From assembly GCA_043747615.1 (NCBI GenBank), contig JAYTOU010000037.1, positions 1-64,000 on the forward strand: a stretch of 64,000 nt of DNA. Reading direction: 5' to 3'. The DNA is from Myxococcales bacterium. GTDB taxonomy: Bacteria > Myxococcota_A > Polyangia > Polyangiales > Polyangiaceae. This document shows, piece after piece, positions 19,269 to 28,069 of this stretch. The notes under the pieces were generated by a model. The model saw only the letters and a list, made by a program, of their open reading frames with translations. It did not search any database and was not told the DNA's origin. The position numbers and the translations under genes were made by a program. The stretch's first letter is position 1. Each line of letters starts with the position of its first letter.

Positions 19269-20615
19269 GTGAATCTCGTCGAGTCGATGGCCCTCGCCGC
19301 GGCGGAGCGAGTGGAGCGCGCGGCCGGCGCCAAGGCTGGGCTCGTTGCTTACCGGGCGTTGGCCGCGAACCTGGTTGCCACGGAGCCGCGCGGCCGGGCG
19401 ATCCTGGGCGCGCTCCGCTGCGCGGTTCGCACCTCCGATCTGGGAGCGGTGTCCACGATGACGGCGTGGTGGAAGTCGATTCACGAGGGCGCGCACCTCG
19501 AGGAGATCATCGCACTTGTGATCGCGCTCGAGAGCGGGGGTCACACGAAAGCGGCGACGGAGCTTGCGGCGGCCGAGGTCGCTCGCTTCCGCACGGCCCG
19601 GGCGATCTACCTGCTCGCGCGGTGCCTCGAGCTTGGTGGCGATCCGGCTGCGCCCGCGGTCTTTTCGGAAGCCGCCATGCGCTCCGACAACGAAGGAGCG
19701 AAGGCGTTGGCCACGAGCGCGCGGGTGAGGCGGATCGTGTGGTTGTCGCGCCGCCATGAGTCATTTGCGATCGCCCTCAGCGAATCAACGGAGTTGGATC
19801 TCACCGAGGCGGAGCCCTGGGAAACGCTCGTCGTCTGCAGAGCTCGACTCTGCTCACCTAGCCGCTTCGTTCGAGCAGGCGCTCTCGCCGTCCTCGAAGA
19901 TCTCGCGAAAGGCTCTGATTTACGAGTCGCGGAGGATGCGATGGTCCTTGGAGCGACGCACGCCGACGACTACGCGGAGGAGCTCACTCCGCTCGAGGGA
20001 GACCGCGTCGCGAGCCTGCTTCGGCACTGGCGCATCGAGCACGAGCGCGACGCGGCTCTCGCCGGGCTCGCTGCGATCGCGAAGATGGCTCTCCTTCCGC
20101 AGTCGGAAGACGCCATCCACGAGGCGTCGAAGCTGGGAGCGCCGTTGCCTTTGGCATCGCTCGGCCTCGACGCGGTGTTGGCGATGCAGAAAGAAAACGT
20201 GGGCGCCGCGAGCGCTTTGCTGAGACGAGCGACGGCGTTCGCTGCGGGTGCACCATCGATCCCCGCGCTTCTCTGGACGAGCGTGGAGCTCGGCCTCGCA
20301 TCGGCGTCGGCAATCCTCCGTGACGACGCTGCGCGCTTGAGCGACGCGCTCTTGTCGGAGCCGAGGAAGGGCCCTCGGGGTGGCTTCATCCCGCTTGCTC
20401 GCGCGCTCGATCACGAAGGCAGCTCCGACCTTGCCCTTCGCGCGTTTCGCGCTGCGCTCGCCGCACGCGAGCCAGGTGCCCGTGAGGCGCTCGCGCAGTC
20501 ACTCATCGCGCGGGGTTGGAAGCTTGCGAGCGCGGGGCGGAGAAACGAGGCCATCCAGGCCCTCGGAGAGGGAAGACGCCTTAACCCGCCATCTTGTGGC
20601 ACGATCGGATCGTGA
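19269..20615 (+). CDS. Hypothetical helical/TPR-like protein
   Basis: 448-aa Ala/Leu-rich ORF starting 1 nt after the Hsp70 stop. TPR-like end (LALRAFRAALAAREPGA; GRRNEAIQAL). Confidence 0.7.
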   Translation: MNLVESMALAAAERVERAAGAKAGLVAYRALAANLVATEPRGRAILGALRCAVRTSDLGAVSTMTAWWKSIHEGAHLEEIIALVIALESGGHTKAATELAAAEVARFRTARAIYLLARCLELGGDPAAPAVFSEAAMRSDNEGAKALATSARVRRIVWLSRRHESFAIALSESTELDLTEAEPWETLVVCRARLCSPSRFVRAGALAVLEDLAKGSDLRVAEDAMVLGATHADDYAEELTPLEGDRVASLLRHWRIEHERDAALAGLAAIAKMALLPQSEDAIHEASKLGAPLPLASLGLDAVLAMQKENVGAASALLRRATAFAAGAPSIPALLWTSVELGLASASAILRDDAARLSDALLSEPRKGPRGGFIPLARALDHEGSSDLALRAFRAALAAREPGAREALAQSLIARGWKLASAGRRNEAIQALGEGRRLNPPSCGTIGS

Positions 20616-21433
20616 GCGAACCCTACCGAGCCTTGCGCTGCGAACGAACGGATCACGTGGCGGTGGTCACCTTGAGCGGGAAAAAAGGCAACCCCATGGG
20701 CCCCGAGTTCTGGCAAGAGATGCCGCGTCTCTTTCGTGAGCTCGATGCGGACGACGCCGTGCGCGCGGTCATCATGTGCGGCGACGGCGATCACTTCACG
20801 TACGGGCTCGATCTCCCCGGAATGATGGGCTCGCTCGGCCCGCTCGTCGGGGGAAACTCTTTGGCCCGCGAACGCACGCGTCTCCTCGCCCTCATCGGGG
20901 AGCTGCAAGGCGCCTTCAACGCCGTGGCGCGGTGCCGTGTTCCGGTCATCGCCGCAGTGAGCGGTTGGTGCATCGGTGGAGGCCTCGATCTCATCGCCGC
21001 GTGCGACCTTCGGATCTGCTCGAGGGACGCGCAGTTCAGTCTCCGCGAAGTCAAAGTGGCGATGGTGGCGGATCTCGGAAGCCTGCAGAGACTCCCGTCA
21101 ATCATTGGCGAGGGTCACACCCGCGAGCTAGCGTTCACCGGAAAGGACATCGACGCCGCCCGCGCGCTCGCCATCGGACTGGTGAACGACGTCTATGACA
21201 CGAAGGAAACGATGCTCGAGGCCGCCCGCGCGCTCGCCTCGGAGATCGCCAAAAATCCGCCGTTGGTGGTGCAGGGGATCAAATCGGTGATGAACGATGG
21301 AGCGGGAAAAAGTGTGGAAGAAGGGCTCCGACACGTGGCCCATTTCAACGCCGCGTTCCTTCAGTCGAACGATCTAATGGAAGCGCTCGCCGCGTTCATG
21401 GAGAAGCGCCCGCCGAAGTTCACCGGCTCCTGA
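20612..21433 (+). CDS. Crotonase/enoyl-CoA hydratase family (dienoyl-CoA isomerase-like)
   Basis: FTYGLDL, PVIAAVSGWCIGGGLDL, LREVKVAMVADLGSLQRLP, FMEKRPPKF. GTG start overlaps the upstream stop. Confidence 0.92.
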   Translation: MSEPYRALRCERTDHVAVVTLSGKKGNPMGPEFWQEMPRLFRELDADDAVRAVIMCGDGDHFTYGLDLPGMMGSLGPLVGGNSLARERTRLLALIGELQGAFNAVARCRVPVIAAVSGWCIGGGLDLIAACDLRICSRDAQFSLREVKVAMVADLGSLQRLPSIIGEGHTRELAFTGKDIDAARALAIGLVNDVYDTKETMLEAARALASEIAKNPPLVVQGIKSVMNDGAGKSVEEGLRHVAHFNAAFLQSNDLMEALAAFMEKRPPKFTGS

Positions 21434-21439
21434 GGCGCG

Positions 21440-22555
21440 TCAGTCGCGTGGTCGCGGCTTTATCGGGATGGCTCGATCCTCGGCTGACGGCGCGATCGAC
21501 GCGCGCGAGCTCTTCGCGGAAGACGTGCCTGGTTTCTTGACCTTCGCTGCACGAAAATCTTTCAGCTGCGCGCTGCGGTGCAAAACCGTGAGCTCGTGGA
21601 AGCGCTGTTGAAGGTGGGCAAGCCGCGCGTTCGGCTCCGAGCTCGCAGACGGTTCGGCGACCGGTCCCGCATGCACCTTGAGCCGCTCCAGGGCCACCGA
21701 GAGCTCCTCGGTCGTCGGAAAACGGCGCCGGTAATCACGGGCGATGGCCCGGGCGATCACTACGTCGACGTCGGGGTGAAGCTCCGGTGCGAACTGTCTG
21801 GCAGGCGCAAACGTGCCCTTGACGATGAGGCTGAAGAGCTCCTTCGCGGTCTTGGCGTCGAAGGGTTTCCGCCCGGCGACGAGCTCATAGAAAATGATGC
21901 CGCACGCGTAGAGATCGACCCGCCCGTCGAGATCGCGGAAGCCCTGCGCTTGCTCCGGCGCCATGTAATACGGCGTTCCCACGGCGAAGCCAATCTGGGT
22001 GAGTGTCTCGAGCTCGTCTTCCTCGTCGAAGTGGGACGAGCTGAGCTTGGAGGTGCCGAAATCGAGAATTTTCGCGATGCCGCTTGGCTGCACGAGAAAG
22101 ATGTTCGCGGGCTTCATGTCACGGTGGGTGATGCCGCGCGCGTGCGCCGCGCCGAGGCCCGCGAGCACTTGTAGGAGCAGATCGATGACCTGGCGAAGGG
22201 GCATCTTTCCCGCTTCGAGGTGGTGATCGAGGGTGTGTCCGAGGAGCCGTTCGAGGACGAGAAAAGGAGTGCCGTCCTCGAGCTTTCCGAAATCGTAGAG
22301 CGAGCAGACGTTCCGATGCACGACCGCCGCGCCGGCGCGCCCTTCGCGCAGGAAGCGTTTGAGCATTTCTGTGTCCCCTTGACTGGGAACCTTGATCGCC
22401 ACGAGGCGTTTGAGGAGAAGGTCGTCGGCCTCGTAGACCATCCCGTTGCCGCCGGAGCCGATGATGCTGCGGACTCTGTATTTCCCGTCGCCGAGCAGCT
22501 TGCCGACCAGCCTTCGCCCCGCGGAGCTCCTCAATCGTCGAGGGCGAGAGCTCAC
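21440..22555 (-). CDS. Cytoplasmic Ser/Thr protein kinase
   Basis: IGSGGNGMVY, VAIK, HRDMKPAN, DFG, GTPYYMAPEQ. Start uncertain (GTG 22555 chosen). Confidence 0.9.
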   Translation of the reverse strand: MSSRPRRLRSSAGRRLVGKLLGDGKYRVRSIIGSGGNGMVYEADDLLLKRLVAIKVPSQGDTEMLKRFLREGRAGAAVVHRNVCSLYDFGKLEDGTPFLVLERLLGHTLDHHLEAGKMPLRQVIDLLLQVLAGLGAAHARGITHRDMKPANIFLVQPSGIAKILDFGTSKLSSSHFDEEDELETLTQIGFAVGTPYYMAPEQAQGFRDLDGRVDLYACGIIFYELVAGRKPFDAKTAKELFSLIVKGTFAPARQFAPELHPDVDVVIARAIARDYRRRFPTTEELSVALERLKVHAGPVAEPSASSEPNARLAHLQQRFHELTVLHRSAQLKDFRAAKVKKPGTSSAKSSRASIAPSAEDRAIPIKPRPRD

Positions 22556-22646
22556 CTCGGTGCTCGAGATGAAGCGCGCCGACGAGCGCCCGATCCAACG
22601 ACCAGCGCGCTCGCAGAAAGGCGTAGGGAAGCCCCTCTCACGCGGC

Positions 22647-23036
22647 TCACTCTTCGTTGAAAGTGGCGATTCCGACGTAGCGCATGACGCGGCCGCACGT
22701 GGCGGTGCCAAGCTGGCCGTCGCAGGTGTGCTCGCCTTCGAAGCGCGTTTGCCCATTTTTGAGGGCGCGCATGATGTCCCAGGTGAGGTCGTGTCCACCG
22801 TCTTTGCAGGATCGATCGGCGCACGACATCATGAAGAGGGCCGGCGCATTCTCGATGACGATCCGCCGGACGTGGCCCGCTTCGGCGATGAGCCCGCCCC
22901 CGCGGTTCTCTTGGATCTCGAGCTTGAGCCCAGTCAACCGGGGCACTTCCGTCAAGAGTCGCGGCGCTTCATCCTCCCGTTGGCGGCGGTCTGTTTGTCG
23001 CTGCGCTGCCTCGGAGTGGCGTCGATGATTCATCAT
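22647..23036 (-). CDS. Hypothetical Cys-containing protein
   Basis: 129-aa ORF with CADRSCKDGGHD and CDGQLGTATC, filling the gap between genes. Confidence 0.75.
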   Translation of the reverse strand: MMNHRRHSEAAQRQTDRRQREDEAPRLLTEVPRLTGLKLEIQENRGGGLIAEAGHVRRIVIENAPALFMMSCADRSCKDGGHDLTWDIMRALKNGQTRFEGEHTCDGQLGTATCGRVMRYVGIATFNEE

Positions 23037-23152
23037 CGCCGTATTCTACCCCAGCGTGTCCGAAGAGGCCCGCGAAAGCGTGGACTCTGCCCGCGCCGTG
23101 CACTAAGTTCTCCGAGCGCGGCCGGCAGGCCCAAGCACGACAGGAGTCGCGA

Positions 23153-23335
23153 GTGTCGAACCCGAGCGTATCGAAGCGTCAAAAAGAGAAGAACCGGCAG
23201 GACAAAGCCCGCGAGAAACAAGCGCGACGGCAAGACCGAATCGCCAACCCTCGTCCCGTTGGCGCCGAAGGCGAAGATCCGGACATCGCCGGAATCATCC
23301 CCGGTCCGCAGCCTATTCCCGAGGAAGACCAGTAG
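23153..23335 (+). CDS. Small basic-then-acidic protein (60 aa)
   Basis: AGGAG RBS before GTG. KRQKEKNRQDKAREKQARR followed by GEDPDIAGIIPGPQP. Confidence 0.75.
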   Translation: MSNPSVSKRQKEKNRQDKAREKQARRQDRIANPRPVGAEGEDPDIAGIIPGPQPIPEEDQ

Positions 23336-23370
23336 CGCTGCGGGAGCTGCGTTGAAACGGTTGTGCGGTT

Positions 23371-24153
23371 TTGCTAACCTCAGCGCCCGTGCAATTCACC
23401 GACCCGCAGCTCCCCCGCGAGATCTTTGGCTGGCATAGTTCGCGGCTCGGCATGCACATGCCGATCGTGCGTTACGGAAACTGGGGAAGGCCGCTTCTCC
23501 TTTTCCCCACGGCCCAGAGCGACCTCCTCGACTGCGAGCGCTTCTGGCTCATCAAGAAGATCGAGCACCACATTTTTGCGGGGAAGCTCAACGTCTTCTG
23601 CATCAACAGCATCAACAGCATGTCGTGGATGAGCAAAGGAGTCGGCGTGCGCGAGTCCGCGAGACGCCAGGCGCTCTTCTCCGGGTACGTCGAGGAAGAG
23701 GTCGTCCCTTTCATTCGCAGCGCAGTCGAAAATCCGCGCGCGCGCATCGGAGTCACCGGGGCGAGCTTCGGAGCCTTCCACGCCGCGAACGCTTTTTTTC
23801 GCCGGCCGGATCTCTTCGACACCTTGCTCGCAATGAGCGGCTTCTACGATCTCGCGCCGGGGTACCTCGAGGGGTACATGGACGACAACGCGTATTTCAA
23901 CAACCCCATGTCGTACGTCCCTCAGATTCACGACGCCGATCAACTGGATCTGATCAGGAACCACAGCCAGATCCACATCGTGAGCGGTCAAGGTGCATTC
24001 GAGCGGCCGGACAACTCGCGCCGGTTCTCCGACGCTCTCTGGAAGAAGGGCATCTGGAACAACCTCGACCTGTGGGGCCAAGACGTGAATCACGACTGGC
24101 CGTGGTGGCACAAGATGCTCGACCACTACGTCAGCTCGCGTTTCGGCTGGTAG
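23371..24153 (+). CDS. Alpha/beta-hydrolase (putative esterase)
   Basis: YGNWGRPLLLFPT, nucleophile elbow GASFG, HDWPWW. Confidence 0.9.
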   Translation: MLTSAPVQFTDPQLPREIFGWHSSRLGMHMPIVRYGNWGRPLLLFPTAQSDLLDCERFWLIKKIEHHIFAGKLNVFCINSINSMSWMSKGVGVRESARRQALFSGYVEEEVVPFIRSAVENPRARIGVTGASFGAFHAANAFFRRPDLFDTLLAMSGFYDLAPGYLEGYMDDNAYFNNPMSYVPQIHDADQLDLIRNHSQIHIVSGQGAFERPDNSRRFSDALWKKGIWNNLDLWGQDVNHDWPWWHKMLDHYVSSRFGW

Positions 24154-24155
24154 CC

Positions 24156-25103
24156 ATGAGCGGTCTCACGAAAGTCGGGCTGCTCGTTGGCCGTGAGCGA
24201 TCGTTTCCCGACGCGCTCATCGAGGAGGTCGCCCGGCGCAACGTGGGCGTCGCCGCGAGCTACGCAGAGATGTCTGCGCCGCGTGCCGAAGAGCCGCCCC
24301 CCTACGACGTGCTCGTCGATCGCATCTCGCACGAGGTGACCTGTTACCAGCCCTTCTTGAAGCTCGCCGCACTCCACGGGACTCGGGTGATCAACAATCC
24401 GTTCTGGCGAATCGCCGACGACAAGTTTTTCAACGCAGGCCTCGCTTCGCGCATCGGGGTCAAGGTCCCGAGGACCGTGCTCCTGCCGTCGAAGAGCCAC
24501 GGAGCCGACGTGTCCGCCGAATCGCTCACCAACATGCGCTTCGTCGATTGGAGCGCCATCGGCACGGAGCTCGGCTTCCCGCTCTACATCAAGCCGCACT
24601 GGGGTGGCGGCTGGAAAAACGTTACCCGCGTCACGTCGATGGAGGAGCTCCACGCTGCGTACGACAAGAGCGGCGCGCTCACGATGGTGCTCCAAGAAGA
24701 GATTCGTTGGACCCAGTACGTGCGCTGCATCGTCATCGGTCAGAAGGACGTCCTGCCCGCGCTGTGGGATCCCAGGCTCACCCATTTCGAGCGCTACACG
24801 GGCGCGGCGGCGTCGATGCCCCCGCTCGATCCTTCTCTGGAAACGCGCGTGATGGGAGACGCGCTCGCGATCACCCGCGCCCTCGGCTACGACATGAACA
24901 CCGTAGAATTCGCGGTGGCGGACGGCGTCCCTTACGCCATCGACTTCATGAACTCGGCGCCCGATCTCGACCTCGCCTCCCTCGGCGAATCCCATTTTCG
25001 CTGGTCCGTCGAGAAGATGGCCGACCTCGTAATCTCCGCCGCGCGCACACCCGCAAAGCTCGGGCAGTACCGCTGGGATTGGCTACTTCGCGGTAGCACG
25101 TGA
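24156..25103 (+). CDS. RimK-like ATP-grasp ligase (paralog A)
   Basis: DRISHEV, VINNPFW..ADDKFF, PRTVLLPS, IKPHWGGGWKNV, LQEEI, TVEFA...YAIDFMN. Start ATG 24156. Confidence 0.9.
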   Translation: MSGLTKVGLLVGRERSFPDALIEEVARRNVGVAASYAEMSAPRAEEPPPYDVLVDRISHEVTCYQPFLKLAALHGTRVINNPFWRIADDKFFNAGLASRIGVKVPRTVLLPSKSHGADVSAESLTNMRFVDWSAIGTELGFPLYIKPHWGGGWKNVTRVTSMEELHAAYDKSGALTMVLQEEIRWTQYVRCIVIGQKDVLPALWDPRLTHFERYTGAAASMPPLDPSLETRVMGDALAITRALGYDMNTVEFAVADGVPYAIDFMNSAPDLDLASLGESHFRWSVEKMADLVISAARTPAKLGQYRWDWLLRGST

Positions 25104-26857
25104 AGGTCCGGGTTCGCGTCCTCCCGGAGAAACACGAAGTCGAGGTAGAGCTCACGCTCGAAGGCCTCGACCCGAGCGTTCCTCTCGACCTGAACGTGCC
25201 GATCTGGGTGCCCGGCGCCTACGGGTTCATGAAGTACGGGCGCGACCTGTTCGACTTCCGCGCTCGCGACCCGAAGACAGGCGCGAACCTTCCGATGGAG
25301 CGCAGGGGGTGGAGCGGGTTCCAGATCGCGCAGCACGCGAGCTCCGTCGTCATCGAGCACAAGGCCTCTGCCGCGGACTCCGTCTGGGGTGAGCTCGTCG
25401 GAATCATCGGAACGGAGAACGCCGTCCTCTTGGCGACGCACTTCTTGGTTCCAGCAGGGCACATCGGCTCGTGCCGCGTGGAGTACGAGCTTCCCGACGG
25501 ATGGGAGCTCCATCATCCGTCAGGCGCGCGCGCTCTCGATCACGCAACCTCTTTCGAGTATCCGAGCTTCGCGGTCCTCCTCGACACACCGGTGATTGCA
25601 GGCAAATTCAAGCGTGAAACGCGCGTGTCGGAAGGCGTGCGCTTTCATCATGTGTTCATGGACGACGCCGTTGGCTTCGCGGCAGAGTCCTCTTCGTTCA
25701 TCGATTCGGTGATGCACGTCGCGGAAGCGGCGCGGGCGATCTTCGGCTCATACCCATTCGAGGATTACACGTTCATCTACTCCTTTGACCCACGCGCGCA
25801 CTGGGGCCTCGAGCATGCAAACTCGACCATGCTCGGCATCGGACCGAACGTTTTCATCGACCCCGAAGCGCGCCTCTCGGCGATCCGCGTGGCCGGACAC
25901 GAGATCCTTCACGCCTGGAACGTGTGTCGTCTACGCCCGACGGCGCTGAGCGAGCCCGACCTCGCGAAAGGGAGCTTCCCCGATGGCCTGTGGGTGAGCG
26001 AAGGGTTCACCCGCTACTACGAATTTCTTCTAGCGGTCCGGGCCAAGCAAATGACCCCGGCGCGCCTCCTCAGCAACGTCGTCAATTACTTCAAGCATCT
26101 CTCAGCGATTCCCGCTTATGCGCGGGTAAGTGCCAAAGACTCGTCGCTCACGACATTCCTCAATCACAATCGGTATCCGGGGAGCGTCAACAACACGATT
26201 GACTACTACGACAAGGGAATGCTCATCGCGTTCGACATGGATATCGCGTTCCGGAGCGCAACCCCCGCTTCGTCGCTCGACCGCGAATTCAAGGCTTTTT
26301 ACGAGGCTTACCTTGCTCCCGGATTCAGCAGTGAAGACGCCGTGAGCTTCTTCTCCGAGCGCGCCGCAGGAATGAGCGAGCTCTTGAAACGCGAAGTCGA
26401 TGGCCCGGGCGGTCTCAGCGTGTGCGAGCGACTTACCTCAATCGGATTCGACGTGAAGATCGGAATGCGTCGGCGCCTCGGGATTCACCTCAAAGAGAAC
26501 ATCGGGCCCTCCATCATCAACGTGCTCGATACCAGCCCCGCGGGCGAGAGCGGTCTCGCGCCGGAAGACGAGATCGTGAAGACGAACGGATTCGCCTTCA
26601 GCCTTCCTGCGCTCACTTGGCTGATCGCCAACGAGCCCGAGGTTATCCTGGAGGTGCGACGCGGCCACGTGTACCGCGCGATCAGCGTGCGCCCAAAAGA
26701 CCACGAAGAGATCACCGCGCTCACCTGGCGAGGGACGCCCACGCAGCTCGAGTTGATCCGCGTGTGGCTCGCCCTTCCGGATTTCACCCTGGCGTTAGGC
26801 GAAGAGATACCGCTCAGCTTCTACGACAACTTTCACGGTGTGGAGAACATCCTCTGA
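25100..26857 (+). CDS. M61 family (glycyl) aminopeptidase with PDZ domain, no signal peptide
   Basis: PIWVPGAY, GLEHANS, HEILHAWN, LWVSEGFTRYY, DYYDKG, PDZ SPAGESGL. Confidence 0.92.
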   Translation: MKVRVRVLPEKHEVEVELTLEGLDPSVPLDLNVPIWVPGAYGFMKYGRDLFDFRARDPKTGANLPMERRGWSGFQIAQHASSVVIEHKASAADSVWGELVGIIGTENAVLLATHFLVPAGHIGSCRVEYELPDGWELHHPSGARALDHATSFEYPSFAVLLDTPVIAGKFKRETRVSEGVRFHHVFMDDAVGFAAESSSFIDSVMHVAEAARAIFGSYPFEDYTFIYSFDPRAHWGLEHANSTMLGIGPNVFIDPEARLSAIRVAGHEILHAWNVCRLRPTALSEPDLAKGSFPDGLWVSEGFTRYYEFLLAVRAKQMTPARLLSNVVNYFKHLSAIPAYARVSAKDSSLTTFLNHNRYPGSVNNTIDYYDKGMLIAFDMDIAFRSATPASSLDREFKAFYEAYLAPGFSSEDAVSFFSERAAGMSELLKREVDGPGGLSVCERLTSIGFDVKIGMRRRLGIHLKENIGPSIINVLDTSPAGESGLAPEDEIVKTNGFAFSLPALTWLIANEPEVILEVRRGHVYRAISVRPKDHEEITALTWRGTPTQLELIRVWLALPDFTLALGEEIPLSFYDNFHGVENIL

Positions 26858-28068
26858 AACACGAGCCCCTCAATATTCTGGTCATCGCGAGCTACTTCAA
26901 AGGCGAGAGATTCATTCGTCAGGCGCATGCCCGCGGGGCGCGCGTCTACCTCCTCACGGTCGAGAAGCTGCTCGGCGAGCCGTGGCCGCGCGATGCGCTC
27001 ACCGAAGTATTTGCCCAGCGTACCGAGGGAAAGAATCTTCCTACGCTGAAGGAAACGATCGCGACGGTGAGCTACCTCGCGCGCAACCTGCGAATCGATC
27101 GCGTCGTGCCGATGGACGACTTCGACGTGGAGACGGCCGCGGCCTTGCGCGAGCACCTTCGGCTCCCCGGGATGGGAGACTCGATTGCCCGTCACTTCCG
27201 CGACAAGCTCGCGATGCGGGTGAGAGCGGTCGAGGAGAAGATCCCAGTTCCGGCGTTCGTGTCGGTGTTCAACCACGAGGCGGTGCGGGAGTTCGTGGGC
27301 AAGGTGCCGCCGCCCTGGATGAACAAGCCGCGCTCCCAAGCCGGCGCCACGGGAATTACCAAAGTAAAATCCGCGGACGAGCTCTTCAAGCTCATCGAAA
27401 GTCAGGGAGACGACCAGTCCTATCATCTGCTCGAGGCCTATCTCCCGGGAGACGTCTTTCACGTCGATTCCTTGGTAAGCGAAGGCAAAGTAGTATTCGC
27501 CGAATGCCATCGATGCGGCACTCCGCCCTTCAACGTTGCGCACGGGGGCGGGATCTACTCGAGCGTCACCGTGAAGCGCGCGAGCGCCGACGAGAGGGCT
27601 CTCAAGGCGATCAACAAGAGGGTACTGGAGACCTTTGGTCTCCTCCGCGGCGCGGCTCACGTTGAGTTCATCAAGGGGGCCGAGGACGGGAAGTTTTATC
27701 TCCTCGAATGCGCGGCGCGGGTCGGCGGCGTTCACATCGGCGATCTGGTCGAGGCCTCCACGGGCGTGAGTCTGTGGGCGGAATGGGCGAATCTGGAGGT
27801 CGACGGCGGTGAGCGCGCCTACAAGCTCCCGAAGCAGCGGAAGGACTACGCCGGCCTGGTGATGACGCTCGCAAAGCAAGAACGCGCCGACACGTCTGGG
27901 TACGACGATGCGGAGGTCGTCTTTCGCTCACCCGAACGCTACCACGCTGGGCTCATCGTTCGGTCCAAGGATCACGCGCGTGCGGGCAAGCTGATCAGCT
28001 CCTACGTCGATCGTTTCCAATCGGACTTCATGGCCGTGCTCCCCGCCGCCAGCCATCCTGCGCACTAA
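26854..28068 (+). CDS. ATP-grasp domain protein (carboxylate-amine ligase)
   Basis: ILVIASYFKG, FRDKLAMR, KPRSQAGATGI, LLEAYLPG, HVEFI, LECAARVGG. Probable CTG start at 26854. Confidence 0.88.
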   Translation: MKHEPLNILVIASYFKGERFIRQAHARGARVYLLTVEKLLGEPWPRDALTEVFAQRTEGKNLPTLKETIATVSYLARNLRIDRVVPMDDFDVETAAALREHLRLPGMGDSIARHFRDKLAMRVRAVEEKIPVPAFVSVFNHEAVREFVGKVPPPWMNKPRSQAGATGITKVKSADELFKLIESQGDDQSYHLLEAYLPGDVFHVDSLVSEGKVVFAECHRCGTPPFNVAHGGGIYSSVTVKRASADERALKAINKRVLETFGLLRGAAHVEFIKGAEDGKFYLLECAARVGGVHIGDLVEASTGVSLWAEWANLEVDGGERAYKLPKQRKDYAGLVMTLAKQERADTSGYDDAEVVFRSPERYHAGLIVRSKDHARAGKLISSYVDRFQSDFMAVLPAASHPAH

Positions 28069-28069
28069 T

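Noticed and set aside
21440..22798. Extended 452-aa kinase ORF
   Set aside because: The first ~80 codons overlap the 22647..23036 gene and look non-coding, so the start was moved to about 22555.
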